Assembly: GCA_938017515.1 (NCBI GenBank)
Contig: CALIJJ010000030.1
Span: 6,360 to 70,359, forward strand
Length of the DNA stretch: 64,000 nucleotides
Direction of reading: 5' to 3'
Origin: an uncultured Pseudanabaenaceae cyanobacterium
GTDB lineage: Bacteria; Cyanobacteriota; Cyanobacteriia; PCC-9006; JAAUQQ01
The notes beneath the pieces were generated by a model. It was not told where the DNA came from and ran no database searches. It saw nothing but the letters and a program-made list of their open reading frames with translations. Every line of letters begins with the position of its first letter. Within the stretch, counting starts at the first letter, position 1. The position numbers and the translations under genes were made by a program. Shown piece by piece: positions 1-10,482 of this stretch.

Positions 1-534
1 GTCAATGAGGGATTGGAGACAGAGCCTTGTCATCCTAAGCACAGGCATGACTACCGTTTGCTCTCACTACGGTAAGACAGTCTCCTCATTGGTGGGGGAC
101 CCAAGTCGTATCCTTAACAATTCCTTCGGGATTACTACGGGATAAGGGTTTTCAGTCCTGATAAATAGATAAAAATGGTGGAAAACTAAAATAAATCTTT
201 CCAGAGATAGTTGTAAAACTTAATTGCCTCCCGGCGGCTTTCAGCAACTTCCTAAAGTAATTGTGACAAGTTTGGGGCAAGTCTTCAAAAAATTGGAAGA
301 AACCGCGATTTTCCGCAATCTTTTGGGAATCACTCGCTACAGTGAGGGTGTTGTTTTGAAATGCCAATCCATCATTTCAATCCCCTACACTTCCAGCGCC
401 TTAAATCTCAGGGATTCGGAGTCTAGGGAGCTATCCCCAAGCGCTTCAGTTCGGATGATTATCCGCTCAAGTGCTTAGGAACCAGGGCGCAGACTTGAGC
501 AATCTTTCGGAGAGCTAATTAATCGGAGAGCACT

Positions 535-1557
535 ATGGTCGAATCGCTTCTGCCCCAATCCGATTCTTCTAAACGTCCCCATGGTCTTCGTTGGCAGCAA
601 CGACTGGGAACGATGTTATTGATGGCGGACAAGACAGCCTCGGAGCAGGTGCAGTGGTTGGCTGGGAAACTGGCGATCGCCACCCTCATCCTCATGGCCA
701 TCGGCAGCGCCACCCGTGTCATGAACGCGGGGCTCGCCTGTCCCGACTGGCCCCTCTGCTACGGCACCCTGTTTCCGGCCCAGCAGATGAACCTCCAAGT
801 GTTTTTGGAGTGGTTCCATCGCTTGGATGCCTCCTTCGTTGGCTTTGGCACCATTGCTCTGGTGGGACTCAGCGCCTGGAAGCGCAGAGAACTGCCCCTT
901 TGGGTGCCTTGGATGGCTCTCCTGTCCCTGGGGATGGTCCTTTTTCAAGGGATCTTGGGTGCACTGACGGTGACGGAGCTGCTGCGATTTGACATTGTGA
1001 CGGCTCACCTGGGAACTGCATTGCTGTTCTTCAGTACGCTCTTGGCCCTGGCAATGCTGTTGCGTCCCTATCAGCCCGTGGGCTCAGCCGGGAAGCTACG
1101 CTGGCTTAGTTTGACGGCCGTGCTCTTCGTCTATGGCCAAAGCCTTCTCGGGGGGCTAGTGGCCTCTCGCTGGGCGCTGCACCAATGTTTGGGCGGTGGT
1201 GCCCTCTGTACCGTCATGAACAGTCACATCGTTGGTGTCGTGCCTGCCGCAGCGTCCACGCTGGCGCTGGTGGTGTGGGCCTTGCGATCGCCAGCCCTGC
1301 CGCCCATCCTTCGCCGTTTGGCGATCGCCGCTGCCACAGCCCTCGTGACTCAAGCGAGCTTGGGTGTTCTCGCGCTGAAGCTGCGTCTGCAAGTTGAACC
1401 CATCACGGTCACCCACCAACTCGTTGGGGCCACACTCCTGGGCATCCTGATTGCCTTTACGGTCCTGTCATGGCGAGATGCCTCGCAGCTCGGGTTGACC
1501 CACAGTATCCAAACCCAGAACGAGACGACCGAACCAGAATTCTTTCCCCTTGGTTGA
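535..1557 (+). CDS. ctaA: heme A synthase (COX15/CtaA family)
   Basis: 340 aa polytopic membrane protein with the paired-Cys motif CPDWPLCYG and Cys/His-rich helices typical of CtaA. The stop overlaps the ctaB start. Confidence 0.8.
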   Translation: MVESLLPQSDSSKRPHGLRWQQRLGTMLLMADKTASEQVQWLAGKLAIATLILMAIGSATRVMNAGLACPDWPLCYGTLFPAQQMNLQVFLEWFHRLDASFVGFGTIALVGLSAWKRRELPLWVPWMALLSLGMVLFQGILGALTVTELLRFDIVTAHLGTALLFFSTLLALAMLLRPYQPVGSAGKLRWLSLTAVLFVYGQSLLGGLVASRWALHQCLGGGALCTVMNSHIVGVVPAAASTLALVVWALRSPALPPILRRLAIAAATALVTQASLGVLALKLRLQVEPITVTHQLVGATLLGILIAFTVLSWRDASQLGLTHSIQTQNETTEPEFFPLG

Positions 1558-1559
1558 TC

Positions 1560-2543
1560 ATGCAAGAAACGTTTAATTCAGCACCTCGTCTCCATCAATC
1601 CTGGCTCCAGGTGCTCAAAAGTTACTATCAGCTCACCAAGCCGCGTATTATTTTGCTGCTGTTGATCACCACCGCCGCTGGTGCCTGGGTGGCATCCCGT
1701 GGAGAGGTGGATGCGCAACTGATGTTGGCCACGTTGGTGGGTGGGGCCATGGCCTCCGGGGCTGCCAATACCATCAACTGCTACTACGATCGCGACATTG
1801 ATTACGTCATGGAGCGCACCCGCTGGCGGCCTTTGCCCTCCGGGCGCATTCAGCCTCGGGACGCCTTGATTTTTGCGGCGGTTTTGACGGTTGCCTCCTT
1901 TGCTCTAATCACGACCGTCGCTAATCTGCTGGCGGCCTGCCTGGCCATGTCCGGCATTGTCTTCTACGTCCTGATCTACACCCATTGGCTCAAACGCCAC
2001 AGCACCCAAAATATTGTCATTGGTGGGGCTGCCGGTGCCATCCCGCCCCTGGTGGGCTGGGCTGCGGTCACCGGGGACCTGAGCTGGTCGCCCTGGTTGA
2101 TGTTTGTCATCATCTTTCTCTGGACGCCTCCCCACTTCTGGGCCTTGGCTCTGATGATTCGGGATGACTATGAATCGGTGGGCGTGCCGATGTTGCCCGT
2201 TGTGGAAGGGGATGAAGAGACGGCACGGCAGATCTGGATCTATTCGCTGCTGTTGATCCCGGCTTCCCTGGGGCTGGTGTTTCCCCTGGGCACAAACGGG
2301 GCGGTGTATGGAGTGATTGCCCTTTACCTGGGAGGACAACTCTTGGTACGGGCCTGGCGCTTGCTTCAACAGCCGAGCGATCGCGCGATCGCCAAGTCTC
2401 TGTTTAAGTTCTCCATCCTTTATCTGATGCTGCTCAGTGCGGCCATGGTCGTGGACGTTGTTCCCGCCGTGAGCAACATCTCCCAAGGGTTTTTGGACCA
2501 GGTTGCAACCATGGTCATGACTGTTCCGATGATGGCAATCTAG
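1560..2543 (+). CDS. ctaB: protoheme IX farnesyltransferase (heme O synthase, UbiA family)
   Basis: UbiA prenyltransferase signature NCYYDRDID...ERT and multiple TM helices. The ATG at 1560 is in the same frame as the ORF-track start at 1470, so I take the true start as MQETFNS. Confidence 0.85.
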   Translation: MQETFNSAPRLHQSWLQVLKSYYQLTKPRIILLLLITTAAGAWVASRGEVDAQLMLATLVGGAMASGAANTINCYYDRDIDYVMERTRWRPLPSGRIQPRDALIFAAVLTVASFALITTVANLLAACLAMSGIVFYVLIYTHWLKRHSTQNIVIGGAAGAIPPLVGWAAVTGDLSWSPWLMFVIIFLWTPPHFWALALMIRDDYESVGVPMLPVVEGDEETARQIWIYSLLLIPASLGLVFPLGTNGAVYGVIALYLGGQLLVRAWRLLQQPSDRAIAKSLFKFSILYLMLLSAAMVVDVVPAVSNISQGFLDQVATMVMTVPMMAI

Positions 2544-2640
2544 ATTGCCAAGAACAAAAAGAGAAGCCCTCATTTGAGGGCTTCTCTTTTTGGGACGCTG
2601 ATCGTCCCGATGCTCTTATCGTGCCGATAGGGCCGATATT

Positions 2641-3189
2641 TTAGTCTTGAACCCAAACAAACGTGACACGCTTGCCAACCATGGCCGCCAAGACGTCATC
2701 GGTGAGGGGCATCTCGTAGGTGCGGGCTCGAACGCCAAAGGCTTTCCCCTTGACGAAAACCAGCTTGCCGCCCTGGAGGTAGGACGTATCTAGCGTGGTC
2801 CGACGTAGGCGTGTGTCGGCATCCTCCGCTTCCAGGGCAACCAATTCGCGACCCTGGGCATCCACCACCCGAACTTCCTTGGCCCAATCCATTAGTGAGC
2901 GAAAGCCAATTTCAAATTCCGTTGCGCCCAGTCCGGGTTGCTCGGTCACCTGGTACTGAATGTCATCGCTGGCCTTCAGCAAGGCAACTTCGCTCAAGCG
3001 ATAGCTCTCATTGCAGGAGAGCGTGCGGCCCACACAATCATTGGTGTTACTGAGATCCTGAAAGGAAATCGTTTCGTTGGCTTGGGCTGCACCGCCCAAT
3101 CCCAGCACGAGTGCCAATCCGCCCAGGGTATATCCCAGTCGAGACTTGAGCAGCAGAGAAAGGGATTGAGAGAAGAGGCGTCGTTTCAT
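2641..3189 (-). CDS. hypothetical secreted protein (signal peptide)
   Basis: 182 aa ORF with an N-terminal signal peptide (LVLGLGGAAQA) and a hydrophilic remainder. It sits convergent to ctaB. Confidence 0.5.
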   Translation of the reverse strand: MKRRLFSQSLSLLLKSRLGYTLGGLALVLGLGGAAQANETISFQDLSNTNDCVGRTLSCNESYRLSEVALLKASDDIQYQVTEQPGLGATEFEIGFRSLMDWAKEVRVVDAQGRELVALEAEDADTRLRRTTLDTSYLQGGKLVFVKGKAFGVRARTYEMPLTDDVLAAMVGKRVTFVWVQD

Positions 3190-3336
3190 AGGTCGTGGGT
3201 GAAGTACAACAGGTTCGCAATACGATCTAAGTCAGGATGAATCGATTTTAGGAGTTTTGTTCCATTTGGCAAGGATTTCACGAATCTTTGCTGCGCTGCT
3301 TCCAGTGCAGCCAGCCATTGCCTCAATAATATATAG

Positions 3337-4485
<1,149 letters not shown>

Positions 4486-4523
4486 TGGTTTGAGCGTGGT
4501 GTGGTTTGGACATTGTTCCAGGT

Positions 4524-4691
4524 TTAACGTCCTTTGAACAATTGCTTCACGAGATTGTCTTTGACCATCATTTGCCGCATGATTTCAACGACATAGTCCT
4601 GGGCCTGTTCAAGGCTGAGGTTTCGCACCTGTGATTGAATCACTTGCAGTTGAAACTGCTGCTCTAAGGTGAGTTGACCACTAGATTCCAT
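4524..4691 (-). CDS. nblA: phycobilisome degradation protein NblA
   Basis: 55 aa from the internal Met (MESSGQLTLEQQFQLQVIQSQVRNLSLEQAQDYVVEIMRQMMVKDN). This matches the NblA helix-loop-helix pattern (LSxEQQFxLQ...V.xLS.E.L..L..E..RQ.M..EN). A strong SD (GGAGG) lies 9 nt upstream of this ATG on the minus strand. The longer 90-aa ORF in the track (to 4796) is probably an over-extension. Confidence 0.7.
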   Translation of the reverse strand: MESSGQLTLEQQFQLQVIQSQVRNLSLEQAQDYVVEIMRQMMVKDNLVKQLFKGR

Positions 4692-5055
4692 GGGAATTTT
4701 CCTCCATTCATGCTGGCTTAATTTTGATTTGATTTTGATTTGATTCTGTGGATGTTTATGTTGATTCATTTTGGGATATGCAGGTTTCTTGAACACGTCA
4801 TAAAGCTTCAGATGTTGGCGGGGAACTTCTCATCACTTTCCCCTGAGCATGCACCCATGACTTTCCCGCGCGATCGCACTTCGGCCTGTTCCGTGATTGA
4901 ATATTTGGCCGTTGAAAATTAAGGAAGCACCATGCTTCTCCACCTGAGATTTTCCCCAGCGCATCCTCAGTTATTACTAATCTTTGAGCGAGTTACATCC
5001 TCTAAGATGGTTCAAGTTATTGTCTTTCTCTACCTCTTCAAGACTTTTTGCATTC

Positions 5056-6297
5056 ATGGATACATCCGTAACCACCAGCACACCTGCTGTCAATAGCCCT
5101 GCCATTGACAGTGCCGTTGACTACGACATTGAGCAAGCGGTTCTAGAACGCTATGAGGCCGGGGCAAGACAACCTCAAGCAGCCCTGTGCTGCCCCACGG
5201 ATGGCTACGACAGCCGTTACCTGGAGCCACTGCCCCAGGAAATTATTGAAAAGGACTATGGCTGCGGCGATCCGACTCGATATATCAACGAGGGCGAGGT
5301 CGTCGTGGACCTGGGCTCTGGAGCCGGAAAAAACTGCTACATCATGGCCCAAAAAGTGGGGCCATCCGGACGCATCATCGGTGTTGATATCAACGATGAA
5401 ATGCTAGGGCTTTCGCGCAAATATCGCGACGAAATGGCCCAGAAATTTGGCTACCAGAATGTTGATTTTGTGAAGGGAAAAATCCAAGACTTGGCCTTGG
5501 ATGTGAGTCAGCTTGAGCGCTGGATTCAGGCTAACCCGATTACCGGAATTGAGCAGATTAGCCAGTATGAAGCTGAGTGCGATCGCCTGCGCCAAACCGC
5601 TCCCCTCATTGCCACGGGCAGCGTTGATGCCGTGGTTTCTAACTGTGTCTTGAACCTTGTCAAGCCCAAGGATAAGCAGCAGCTCTTTGACGAGATTTTC
5701 CGTGTGCTGAATCGAGGAGGGCGAGCTGTTATCTCCGATATTGTCTGCGATGAGCCCCCCACGGAGAAGATTCTCAATGATCCGGATCTGTGGAGTGGCT
5801 GTATTGCTGGTGCTTTCCAGGAAGTCGAATTTCTGGAAATGTTCGAACAGGCTGGATTCCATGGTGTCGAAATCCTGAGCCGCCAAGCAGAACCTTGGCA
5901 GGTGATCGATGGGATTGAGTTTCGTTCCTTGACAGTGCGAGCCTACAAAGGCAAGCAGGGGGTCTGTCTAGAGCGTAATCAGGCGGTGATTTATAAGGGA
6001 CCCTGGAAAGCTGTATTGGATGATGATGGCCATACCTTGACCCGGGGTGAGCGCATGGCGGTGTGCGACAAAACCTTTAAGCTCTACACCGATCCAACGG
6101 GGCCTTATCGTCAGGATTTCCTGGCAATTGAACCTTACGAAACGGTGCCTTTGGATGAGGCAAAAACGTTTGATTGTGAGGTGGATGCCCTGCGTCCCGC
6201 AGCGGTAACAAAGGGATTGGACTACAGCGAAACACGTGTGATTCAGACCTCTTCTTGCTGTGACACAGATACGTCCGACGCAACCAGTTGCTGTTAG
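5056..6297 (+). CDS. arsM: arsenite S-adenosylmethionine methyltransferase (ArsM-like)
   Basis: Class I SAM methyltransferase motifs (VVDLGSGAGKNCY, VVSNCVLNLV, AVISDIV). All four cysteines conserved in ArsM are present (CC at ALCCPTD, GCGDP, SNCVLN, WSGCIAG). There is a C-terminal Cys-rich tail (SCCDTDTSDATSCC). The ATG at 5056 is preferred over the TTG at 4984 used by the ORF track. Confidence 0.7.
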   Translation: MDTSVTTSTPAVNSPAIDSAVDYDIEQAVLERYEAGARQPQAALCCPTDGYDSRYLEPLPQEIIEKDYGCGDPTRYINEGEVVVDLGSGAGKNCYIMAQKVGPSGRIIGVDINDEMLGLSRKYRDEMAQKFGYQNVDFVKGKIQDLALDVSQLERWIQANPITGIEQISQYEAECDRLRQTAPLIATGSVDAVVSNCVLNLVKPKDKQQLFDEIFRVLNRGGRAVISDIVCDEPPTEKILNDPDLWSGCIAGAFQEVEFLEMFEQAGFHGVEILSRQAEPWQVIDGIEFRSLTVRAYKGKQGVCLERNQAVIYKGPWKAVLDDDGHTLTRGERMAVCDKTFKLYTDPTGPYRQDFLAIEPYETVPLDEAKTFDCEVDALRPAAVTKGLDYSETRVIQTSSCCDTDTSDATSCC

Positions 6298-6458
6298 GGA
6301 TGTAACGGATTCTTGCTCGTTTTTCGATGAATAAGGTCCGTCACTGGGTTCAAGTTTTACGCCTTCTTAGTCTCTGTTATGCAGAAATCTAGGAAGGCGT
6401 TCTTATTCGCGTTACAGTGAAAAGACTGAAGCTTCAACCCAAGATTTATACCTCGTCC

Positions 6459-7307
6459 ATGTCTAAGGCTCCGATTCTACGTAGTGAAACCAAATGCTTT
6501 GGGGGAAAGTTGGGCTTCTATCGCCACTTCTCTAAGCAATGCCAGACCGATATGTCATTTGCTGTCTTCACACCCCCTCAAGTGAGTCAGGGCCCGGTAC
6601 CGGTGCTTTACTATCTATCCGGGTTGACCTGTACCGAAGAGAACTTCATTACCAAGGCCGGTGCCCAGCGCTATGCCGCTGACAACGGCATTATGCTGGT
6701 GGCCCCCGATACGAGTCCGCGCGGTTTAGACCTGCCAGGGGAAGCGGATGATTGGGACTTTGGCACTGGAGCTGGTTTTTATGTGGATGCAACTGTAGAG
6801 CCATGGTCTAAGCATTACCGAATGTACAGCTATGTCGTGGAGGAATTGCCGGCGTTGATAGGCCAGCATTTTCCGGCGAATACGAAGCGACAAGGCATTA
6901 TGGGGCATTCCATGGGCGGACATGGTGCCCTGGTCTGTGCTCTGCGCAATCGCGATCGCTACCTTTCGGTTTCCGCTTTTTCGCCCATTGCTGCACCGAT
7001 GCGATCGCCCTGGGGTAAAAAGGCGTTTTCGGGGTATCTCGGTAGTGATGAAGCAACCTGGAAAGACTACGATGCCAGTGAACTCGTGGCCACCGCCAAC
7101 TTTGGTGGCAATATCTTGATTGACCAAGGCACGGCGGATCAGTTCCTAGAGACTCAGCTCATGCCCCGTGTCTTTGAACAAGCCTGCGAGGCTGCGGGGC
7201 AACTGCTGACGCTACGAATGCAGCCCGGTTATAACCATAGCTACTATTTTATTGCGACGTTCATAGAAGACCATCTCAAGCACCATGCGACGGCCTTGTT
7301 GGATTGA
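6459..7307 (+). CDS. frmB: S-formylglutathione hydrolase (esterase D family)
   Basis: The N-terminus matches the SFGH consensus (FGGxxxxYxHxSxxxxxxMxFxVFxPP). It has the GHSMGGHGAL nucleophile elbow and C-terminal catalytic Asp/His region. The ATG at 6459 is preferred over the GTG at 6417. Confidence 0.8.
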   Translation: MSKAPILRSETKCFGGKLGFYRHFSKQCQTDMSFAVFTPPQVSQGPVPVLYYLSGLTCTEENFITKAGAQRYAADNGIMLVAPDTSPRGLDLPGEADDWDFGTGAGFYVDATVEPWSKHYRMYSYVVEELPALIGQHFPANTKRQGIMGHSMGGHGALVCALRNRDRYLSVSAFSPIAAPMRSPWGKKAFSGYLGSDEATWKDYDASELVATANFGGNILIDQGTADQFLETQLMPRVFEQACEAAGQLLTLRMQPGYNHSYYFIATFIEDHLKHHATALLD

Positions 7308-7428
7308 GGCGATATTGGACTGAGGTGATTGGACTGAGGCGATCGCAACAGCAAAATACCGTGCGGGTATTCTTCTTTCCTGAAATCTCCTAAAGACTTG
7401 CCCCAGTAGCGGTGAATCGACCACTAGA

Positions 7429-8499
7429 ATGGAGAAGCTCGCTCCCTGTTCTTCTTCTACCGATTGCTTTCCTATGGCTCCCGCAGTTCTCATCGAGAAG
7501 CTTCAAAAGTCCTACGGCGATGTTCAGGCCGTCAAACATGTTTCTCTGCAAATTGAGGCGGGAGAGATTTTTGGATTGCTGGGTCCCAATGGTGCCGGAA
7601 AAACCACGACGCTGCGCTGTCTTTGCACCTTGAGCACCCCCGACAGCGGTAGTCTGGAGGTCTGCGGTGTCTCGGTGCTGGGGCAGCCGAAACAGGCGCG
7701 GCAAAAATTGGGATATATTGCCCAAGAAGTGGCTCTGGATAAGGTGCTGACAGGGCGAGAGCTGTTGAAGCTTCAGGCGGCGCTGTATCACTTGCCAAAA
7801 AAGAGCATTCGCGATCGCGTTCAAGCGGTCATCGATCTCCTAGGCATTAACGACTGGGCCGACAAAAAGACGGGGACGTACTCCGGCGGCATTCGCAAGC
7901 GTCTGGACCTGGCGGCTGGGTTGCTCCATGAGCCGAGCGTTTTGGTGATGGATGAGCCGACGGTGGGACTAGACATTGAAAGCCGCACGGTGATTTGGAA
8001 TTTTTTGCGAGGGCTGCGGGATCAGGGCATCACCATTTTGATTACCAGCCATTATCTCGAGGAGATCGATGCCCTGGCGGATCGGGTGGCGATTATTGAC
8101 CAGGGGGAAGTGATTTCGGTGGGAACGCCCTCGGAGTTGAAGGATCGGGTGGGGGGCGATCGCATCACCCTACGCCTCCGCGAATTCACCCCGGACGAAG
8201 AAGCCAATCAGGCGAAGCAGATGCTGGAACAACTGCCCGTTGTCCAGGAGGTGATTCTCAATGCAGCCCAGGGTAATTCGCTCAACTTAGTGGTGAGTTC
8301 CCAGTCGGATTCGTTGTCAACGGTACAACAGGCGCTGAAGGAGGCTGGTTTGCCGACGTTTGGCATTGCCCAATCTCGGCCCAGCCTCGACGATGTCTAT
8401 CTCGCGGCAACGGGACGGACCTTGATGGATGCGGAGCTTGCGGCGGCAGGCACGCGCGATTTGAAGAAAGAGAAAAAGCAGGCTATGAAGGGCAATTAG
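7429..8499 (+). CDS. ABC transporter ATP-binding protein (ABC-2/DrrA-like, orphan ATPase with C-terminal extension)
   Basis: Walker A GPNGAGKTT, signature YSGGIRKRL, Walker B LVMDEPTVGLD and H-loop TSHYLEE. The probable start is the internal Met at 7474 (MAPAVLIEKLQ). No permease gene is adjacent. Confidence 0.75.
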   Translation: MEKLAPCSSSTDCFPMAPAVLIEKLQKSYGDVQAVKHVSLQIEAGEIFGLLGPNGAGKTTTLRCLCTLSTPDSGSLEVCGVSVLGQPKQARQKLGYIAQEVALDKVLTGRELLKLQAALYHLPKKSIRDRVQAVIDLLGINDWADKKTGTYSGGIRKRLDLAAGLLHEPSVLVMDEPTVGLDIESRTVIWNFLRGLRDQGITILITSHYLEEIDALADRVAIIDQGEVISVGTPSELKDRVGGDRITLRLREFTPDEEANQAKQMLEQLPVVQEVILNAAQGNSLNLVVSSQSDSLSTVQQALKEAGLPTFGIAQSRPSLDDVYLAATGRTLMDAELAAAGTRDLKKEKKQAMKGN

Positions 8500-8668
8500 C
8501 CAGTGCTAAGCCAGTGGACACGGCTATACGGCTATTGTGCTGACCGGGCTTCGGCTTCGCTTAGCCCTCGTCTCTTTATGGTGCGAGGATGCTGCTGGTT
8601 GAGTGGATCCGATACGAATAGAAGGAAAACGACGTTTGTTTGGGGCTGCCGACTGAATTGAATCTGTT

Positions 8669-9634
8669 CTACTGAATGAATTCCTCAGGGGAACCGGGGG
8701 CATTGGTGTTCCGATTCGGGGGATGTTGGTACGTTCCGGGTAGGGGATCCTGTTCGACTAACAGGTAGCGTTCGCCCCAGCCGCCATTAATGTCTTGGAC
8801 GCGTAGCCCTGGAGGAGTCGTTTGCCCTGTGGGGAGTGGAATCGGCAACAGTTTAGCCGCTTGGAAATATTGCTCCCCTTCAAGGGAGGTTTTAACCAGG
8901 GTATTGCTGAGGACCAAATGTGTTTCTGCGAGCTTGTTTTGGACAGGTTGTAGTCGATCGGATGCGCCATCAACCACAAGGGTTGCCAGAAAAATGACGT
9001 CTGATTCTGGCTTCCACTGGAGTTGCAGTTCTTTCTGATGGATTTGCCAGCTTTCGAGGTATTGGCCATCCCTAGCAACCTGCCAAAGATTGAGTTTTGA
9101 GGACCAGCTTCCATCGATGATGTCTGTGAGCTGATAGTCCAAAATGACGTAGCTTGGGTCGAGGGCAAGTCGCCGCAGCAGAGCGTTAGATTGCTCGGGA
9201 GATTTTTTCGATAATGATTCAGATAGCACTTCGGTATTGCTGTGGCTTGAAGCGTCATCGACAGGCGTATTCGTGGGCCCGGTTGAGTCTTCAGCTAAAA
9301 AAGATGGAGCCAAAGAAGATGGAGCCAAAGAAGCAGGCGTTAGAGTTGAGCCTTCGAGTTTGAGATAGCGGATGGCAGCGATCGCCAAGCGACTTCCCTC
9401 CGGCAACTGAGTTTGGCCGGACAGCTCATAGCGTCCCGTGGATAAAGCCTCGACATCAAAGCTCAGCTCCACTTTCTTTTGCAGTGAGTCCTCTAGGGCG
9501 GGGTGCCAGGTCAGCCACTGGCCATAATCTTGACCGAGTCTGCGATCGCCCGTGCAGCCCCCCAAGCTCAGACCCAGCATGATAAAGAGGGCAAGATGAT
9601 GGGGTCGGGGGCTCGGAGCATTCAAAACAAACAT
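8669..9634 (-). CDS. hypothetical lipoprotein
   Basis: Signal peptide with a lipobox (LGLSLGGC), followed by a Ser/Pro-rich linker. It is the last gene downstream of the pix operon on the same strand. Confidence 0.5.
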   Translation of the reverse strand: MFVLNAPSPRPHHLALFIMLGLSLGGCTGDRRLGQDYGQWLTWHPALEDSLQKKVELSFDVEALSTGRYELSGQTQLPEGSRLAIAAIRYLKLEGSTLTPASLAPSSLAPSFLAEDSTGPTNTPVDDASSHSNTEVLSESLSKKSPEQSNALLRRLALDPSYVILDYQLTDIIDGSWSSKLNLWQVARDGQYLESWQIHQKELQLQWKPESDVIFLATLVVDGASDRLQPVQNKLAETHLVLSNTLVKTSLEGEQYFQAAKLLPIPLPTGQTTPPGLRVQDINGGWGERYLLVEQDPLPGTYQHPPNRNTNAPGSPEEFIQ

Positions 9635-9684
9635 GGCGATCGGGGGCTAGAGAAACAGGCGTAGCTTGGGTCTAAATTGGGGGA

Positions 9685-10446
9685 TTAATAGGGGGTGACA
9701 CCGTGGTAACCGCTGGATTCTGGCATGATGGCGTAGAGCAAGTTGGCATTGGCTAAATTGGTTTTGCTGAGGTCGGCTCCCGTAAAATTAACAAACCTCA
9801 AATCTGCCCCTTCAAAGTTGACCCCCTCCAGATTTGCTTCAATTAAAACAGCACCATAAAGGCTGGCTCGATGACCATTGGCATCCCGCAAATTTGCACG
9901 TTTGGCATTTGAATCTCTGAGTTCTGCATCAAATAGATTAGCTCTGATGAGCGTGGCATTTTCTAAGCTAATATTGAGCATTTCGGCATGCTTTAGACTG
10001 GCCTCAGTTAGGTTAGCATTTTGGAGGTTAGCCCCCTGAAGCACTGCTTTTTCAAAGCGTGCTCGGCTAAGATTGGCGTCTTTTAATGTGGTGTTGATGA
10101 GTCGTGCGCCGGAGAAATTGGCCCCCTCCAAATCCGCGCCCATTAGATTGGCTCGGTTGAGGTCAAAGTCGCTGAGATCCGCCCCCCGGAGATTGCAGCC
10201 GATGCAGCGACGGGTGCCCCGCAGTTTTTTTAGGTTAGCGTTGACGCTGGCGGTTTTTGCAGTTTTGCTGGCTTGATACACCGGCTCTGGAAAAAGCTCA
10301 GACAGTGGGCGAGCGTAGTCAGATGATTCATCTGTAACGGGCGATGGTACTGCCGATGAGAGTTCCTGTTTTCGGCTGAGCTGTACCAGCACTGCGATGC
10401 CTAGGGAGCCGATAAACGTTCCGAGCAGCAGGAAGAAAAAGCGCAT
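9685..10446 (-). CDS. pentapeptide-repeat protein with N-terminal TM anchor
   Basis: One N-terminal TM helix followed by long runs of A(D/N)LxG/A pentapeptides (ANLMGADLEGANFSGARL...). It starts 36 nt downstream of the pixL-like gene on the same strand. Confidence 0.75.
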   Translation of the reverse strand: MRFFFLLLGTFIGSLGIAVLVQLSRKQELSSAVPSPVTDESSDYARPLSELFPEPVYQASKTAKTASVNANLKKLRGTRRCIGCNLRGADLSDFDLNRANLMGADLEGANFSGARLINTTLKDANLSRARFEKAVLQGANLQNANLTEASLKHAEMLNISLENATLIRANLFDAELRDSNAKRANLRDANGHRASLYGAVLIEANLEGVNFEGADLRFVNFTGADLSKTNLANANLLYAIMPESSGYHGVTPY

Positions 10447-10482
10447 GGGGTTGGGTTACTCCTAATCCAAGTTCTTTGCACA

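Noticed and set aside
4692-4796. N-terminal 35-aa extension of nblA in the ORF track (90-aa version)
   Set aside because: NblA proteins are about 55-65 aa. The internal ATG at 4691 has a strong GGAGG SD, and the extension is basic and low-complexity.
4984-5055. TTG and GTG extended starts proposed by the ORF track (arsM 4984, frmB 6417)
   Set aside because: In-frame ATGs positioned at the conserved N-termini of the respective families are more plausible. For queA (54011) no ATG alternative exists, so the TTG was retained.
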